Source: an uncultured Acidobacteriota bacterium (GTDB lineage Bacteria; Acidobacteriota; Blastocatellia; RBC074). From it: DNA of 64,000 nt. Below the pieces are notes generated by a model. It had not been told where the DNA came from. It searched no databases and saw only the letters and a list, made by a program, of their open reading frames with translations. Position numbers and translations under genes: made by a program. This document shows, in pieces, positions 59,089 to 64,000 of this stretch. The stretch spans positions 352,001-416,000 of the forward strand of contig CAWCKY010000001.1 in NCBI GenBank assembly GCA_963796275.1, written 5' to 3'. Each line of letters starts with the position of its first letter. Within the stretch, counting starts at the first letter, position 1.

Positions 59089-59377
59089 GCTTCAACAAAT
59101 CAGTAATCCAACCTGCAACTAATGATAACCGGATGCAGGTTGAAAAATTTGTAATTGATCGCGATATTGTGATGCCACGCGCTGACGCATCCGCGACAAA
59201 CAATCTCTCAATAGTCGTCCTGATCGAATCCCTACCGTCCTTGAGAAACGCTCGCGGGCAGTGCCGGGAGCGGACCGCTCAACGACATTATAGTTCGTTG
59301 AGAGTAGGTAGAATGATATTGTAGGATGTAGATTCGCGCTATGTCGCTATTTTTATAGTCATCTGAAAGGGGCCCTT

Positions 59378-62300
59378 ATGCAAGACGAGCGAGATATTGC
59401 CAGCATTATTGCCACAGACTTCGGTGCGAATGCCACTTATGTCGAAGACCTCATGCGGCAGTATCAACATAATCCGGATTCGGTCGGTGAAGAATGGGGC
59501 GAATATTTTCAATCCATTATCGGCACGGATGGGTCGGTTAAATCCGAACAGAAGCCGGTAAACGGCGGAGGAGCGAGGGCTGCGGCCGCCCAACAGGCGA
59601 GCGCCGCAGGGGAGCAGCCTGCACAACTGACGGCAGCGCAGGTGACAGCCCAACCGGTGCCTGTATCGAACGAACCAGTCTCCGGCGCTGCCCAGCTCGC
59701 TACTCCCGAACGGACGCCAATTCGCGGCCCCGCTTTGAAGATAGTCGAGAATATGGAGACGAGTCTCGCTGTGCCGACGGCGACCTCGGCTCGTCAAATT
59801 CAGATCAAGGTCCTCGATGAAAACCGCCGGTGGATCAACCGGCACCGCGAGACACAGGGAAGAGGCAAGACGTCATACACTCACTTCATCGCCTGGGCGG
59901 TAATCAAAACGCTCGCTAAATATCCGCAATTGAATGACGGCTACGACGAGGTGGATGGCGGCGCTTTCCGCGTGCGCCGGCCAGATGTCAATCTCGGCGT
60001 TGCCGTTGATGTTCAGAAGAAAGACGGGTCGCGGTCACTGCTTGTGCCCAACGTCAGGGGTGTAAACCTGCTGACTTTCACGCAGTTCGTCGATGCCTAT
60101 CAGGACGTGGTGACGCGCGCTCGCGCGGGCAAGCTGCAGGTCAGCGATTTCCAGGCCACGACTATCTCGATCACCAACCCGGGAACAATAGGGACAGTTG
60201 CATCGAATCCTCGACTGATGGCGGGCCAGGGCGCAATAATCGCCACGGGGGCGATCGAATATCCGGCGGAATATGCGGCAATGACCGAAGAGGCGCTCTC
60301 TCAACTTGGTATCAGCAAAATATTTACTATCACCAACACTTATGATCACCGCATCATACAGGGCGCTGAATCGGGTTTGTTTCTCGCTTATATCCACGAG
60401 CTTTTGCTGGGAAAACACGGATTCTACGAAGAGGTATTCGCGGATATCGGGATCACCTATAAACCGCTGCGCTGGGCGGTGGATGTCAATCCGTTGCTTT
60501 CGGGCGTCGACCGTGAAAAACAGGAGATCAAAAAACAGGCGAGACTATTCGAATTCATTAATGCTTACCGCGTCCGCGGCCATCTGATCGCGGACATCGA
60601 CCCGCTCAACATGGTGCCGATTCACGAGCATCCGGAACTCGATGCCGAAACATATGGGCTGTCGATCTGGGATCTTGATCGCACCTTTTTCACCGGAGGC
60701 CTGGGAGGTAAGGAAGAGTCGACATTTCGCGAGACCTGGGCGATGCTGGTCCGCTATTACTGCGGCAAGGTGGGCACCGAGAGCCGTCACATTCAGAGCC
60801 AAGAGCAGAAGCAATGGCTGCGCGAGCGGATTGAGCGCGACCCGGAGTCTCTCCCGGTCGAAACGAAAAAACAGTTGCTCCAAAGACTGATCGCAGCCGA
60901 ACAATTCGAGAAGTTTCTGCATACGAAATATCTGGGTCAGAAGCGATTCTCGGTCGAGGGCGGTGAATCGATTATCGCCATCCTCGATCAGTTGATCATC
61001 GGAGCTGCAATCGCGCGGAGTCAAAGAGATCGTAATGGGAATGGCGCATCGCGGGCGTCTGACAGTCTTCGCCAATGTCATCGGCAATTTCAGCGAGCGC
61101 ATCTTTACTGCCTTTGAGGGCTCTGTACATCCGAGCTTCCCGGCAGACGAGGGCGACGTGAAGTATCACCAGGGTGCGACCGGTTCACGGGAGATCGGTG
61201 AGCGGGAGATACAATTGACCATACTGCCGAATCCGAGCCATCTTGAGTTCGTCGATCCGGTCGTGGAAGGGATAACGCGCGCCAAGCAGGACGCCCTCCT
61301 GACACGGGAGATAGGACGCGAAGAGTCGCGCGATCGCGTCATGCCGGTCCTGATTCACGGTGACGCGGCATTCGCAGGTCAGGGAATAGTCACAGAGACA
61401 TTGAATCTCGCCGATCTGAAAGGCTATCGTACTGGCGGAACCATCCATTTGATCATCAACAACCAGATCGGATTTACGACCTCGCCGGAATCGGGGCGCT
61501 CCTCCATCTATTCGACCGACGTAGCTAAGATGACGCAGCTCCCCATCTTCCATATAAACGCCGACGATGTGGAGGCGGCCTACCATGTCCTGCAGACCGC
61601 ACTCGATTTCCGGATGAAATTCCGCAAGGACGTCGTCATCGATCTCGTCGGCTTCCGCCGCCACGGCCACAACGAAGGGGACGAACCGAGCTATACACAG
61701 CCCCTGATGTATCAGCGCGTTAGGGAACACCCGGGAGTGCGGGAGATCTATACGCGGCAGTTGATCCGCGAGGGCGTGGTGACGCAGGATGAGGTCAACC
61801 AGATGATAGAAGATCGCTGGCGGCGCTACGAGAATGCCCTGATCGGAGCGAAGGAGATCGTCGCCCGGCAGAAAGAGATCACGAAACTTCCCGACCCGAA
61901 ACCAGAGATCGACGGATCGGAGATCATCGAGACGGGCGTTCCGCTCGAAGTTATCGGCGAAGTCACGCGAGCGATGAGCGTCATACCTCAGGGTTTCACT
62001 ATTAACCCCAAGATGGTCGGACAGATGTCGCGGCGCGCGAAGATGGGTGCGGGTGAAATTCCGGTCGATTGGGGTTTCGCTGAGGGGCTGGCCTTCGGCT
62101 CACTGGTATTGGAGGGCTCATCGATACGCCTGTCAGGCCAGGACTGCGGGCGCGGCACATTCAGCCAGCGCCATGCGATCCTCTACGATACGCGAACCGG
62201 CTCAGCCATGGGTTCCGCTCGAATCGCTATGTCAGAACGGAACGAGGTTCGAAGTCTTAGATAGCTCCCTATCCGAAGCCGGCGTTCTCGGTTACGAATA

Positions 62301-63083
62301 CGGTTATTCGCTCGGTTCGCAAAACGGGTTGACTATGTGGGAGGCGCAGTTCGGCGATTTCGCTAACGGAGCGCAGGTAATCATCGATCAATTCATAGTC
62401 CCCGCTGAAGACAAATGGCAACAGAGATCGCGCCTGGTGATGTTGCTCCCCCACGGTTACGAAGGGCAGGGACCGGAGCATTCGAGCGCGCGTCTGGAGA
62501 GGTTTCTGCAACTATGCGCAGAAGACGATATTCAGGTCTGTTATCCGACCACTTCGGCGCAGTATTTTCATCTCCTGCGCCGCCAGGTCAAGCAGGAGCT
62601 GAGCAAACCGCTGGTGGTGATGACGCCCAAGAGCCTGCTCCGATTGCCGCAGGCAGCGTCATCGCTCGATCAATTAACGAGCGGCGGGTTCTTGCCAGTA
62701 ATTGGCGACGCTATCAGGCCGGAAGGCGTCGGGCGCGTGGTCATTTGCAGCGGAAAGGTCTATTTCGATCTGATGGCTCAGATGGAGAAGCAGAACGAAG
62801 GGCGGATTGCGATTTTGCGGCTGGAGCAATTCTATCCCTTCCCGCAGCGTTTATTGCAACAGTGGCTCGCGGCATTCTCGAAAGCGAAGAGATCTTCTGG
62901 GTGCAGGAGGAGCCGCAGAATATGGGCGGGTGGAGCTTCATGCGCCCGAGATTGGAAGCATTGCTACGCAAGGGCCAGGAACTGCGTTATGTGGGGCGTA
63001 CGGCGAGCGCGAGCCCGGCGATCGGGTCGTATACGATTCACCAATTGGAGCAGGCACAGGTGATGAAAGAGGCGTTTGGCTGA
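59378..63083 (+). CDS. sucA: Multifunctional 2-oxoglutarate decarboxylase/dehydrogenase (Kgd/OdhA-type fused E2-like + E1), with three apparent frameshifts (~61010, ~62200, ~62885)
   Basis: [10 protein letters not shown]-terminus; acyltransferase-like [13 protein letters not shown]; YRVRGH and GQKRFSVEG; then [44 protein letters not shown] and [10 protein letters not shown] in successive frames. Confidence 0.93.
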
Positions 63084-63178
63084 TAGATCGAGATGAGGCT
63101 CTCGAAAACCCTATACTTCGCCAATAAAGATGGCAGGCTCAACTGCCTGCCTATGATTTACTTTAAGCTTTTTACGGT

Positions 63179-63253
<75 letters not shown>

Positions 63254-63459
63254 GGAAATCTAAAACCTGCAATGAACCAGACGACTGTATAACACGGCAG
63301 ATCGACTGTTTTCAAGACAATTAGCCGCTTGATCTCATCAGAGTGGATAGAATTCCACGTAATTCCCGTTTGACGGAGCTCTTTCAATGATGCTATAGAA
63401 CCTCTTTCTTTTCCCGGGCTTGAACCGTGGGGCATTCAATCAAAGAGGATATATCCGCA

Positions 63460-64000
63460 ATGCCTTCAACATCGGCTATTGATATCAAACAACGACTGCT
63501 CGCACTCGTGCGCGAGTCTTTCAACATAGATTCTGGACGAAACTGCCGTCGAAATGCCTCCGAAAACAGCACTCGGCGATCTGGCATTCCCCGTCGCATT
63601 CGACCTTGCCAAACGCATCAAGGCCTCGACCGGAGAGAAAAAGAATCCCCGAGAACTGGCAACGAAATTGGCTGAAGGGTTGAGAGCTCTGCCCGGAGTT
63701 TCACGCGTCGAAGTTGCCGGCGCCGGCTATCTCAACATCTTCTTAAACCGGGCTGATATCTTCACACAATTAGCGAATCCGCAGTCGGGAACCGCCAGCC
63801 GCGGCAATTCGCAATCCGGTAAGCTCATCGTCGAGCACACCTCGATCAATCCGAACAAAGCCGCGCACATTGGCCATGTCCGGAACTCGGTACTCGGAGA
63901 CACGACGGCGCGCATCTTGCGCGCGACGGGGGAGAACGTCGAAGTTCACAACTACATTGACAACACGGGAGTGCAGGTGGCCGACGTCGTGGTCGGGTTC
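63460..64000 (+). CDS. argS: Arginine--tRNA ligase, 3'-truncated by the window edge, with an apparent frameshift near 63530
   Basis: After the shift the frame reads [12 protein letters not shown]...NPRELA...VAGAGYLNI...[19 protein letters not shown]...NYIDNTGVQ (HIGH motif). Confidence 0.92.

Noticed and set aside
59378-63083. Programmed frameshifting or real pseudogenisation of kgd/sucA, mfd, msrP and argS
   Set aside because: There are no slippery heptamers, shift directions are mixed, no further decay is visible, and an essential gene is affected; sequencing indels are the simpler explanation.

Overview
Bacterial chromosomal window, mostly housekeeping genes. Gene content and style suggest Acidobacteriota, possibly Blastocatellia (inference, no search run). 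Recognisable genes include rpsT, mfd, two SurA/PpiC-type PPIases, YhaM, UbiD, msrPQ, rnhB, a dnaK-hsp20-dnaJ-hspR operon with a HAIR-like operator, a fused Kgd/SucA, tRNA-Glu(CTC) and the 5' part of argS. The main accessory element is a minimal class II lanthipeptide locus at 32886-37003: one intact LanM and three mersacidin/lichenicidin-leader precursors spaced exactly 219 bp apart, with no transporter, protease or immunity gene. Two precursors have ~12-residue cores with a single C-terminal Cys, and their double-Gly site is replaced by SR/GR. One core ends in GFTPFC, matching [Thr6]-bradykinin (GFTPFR), and the gene directly upstream of lanM is an ACE-like M2 peptidase. Other signals are a promoter-to-terminator mini-transcript below rpsT with a 15-nt match to the 16S 3' end and an 11-codon ORF, two long hairpins in an AT-richer intergenic segment, and dispersed 7-mer and 9-mer repeat palindromes. 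Single-base frameshifts in mfd, msrP, kgd (three) and argS most likely reflect indel errors in the assembly. No CRISPR array, rRNA, integrase or transposase was seen.
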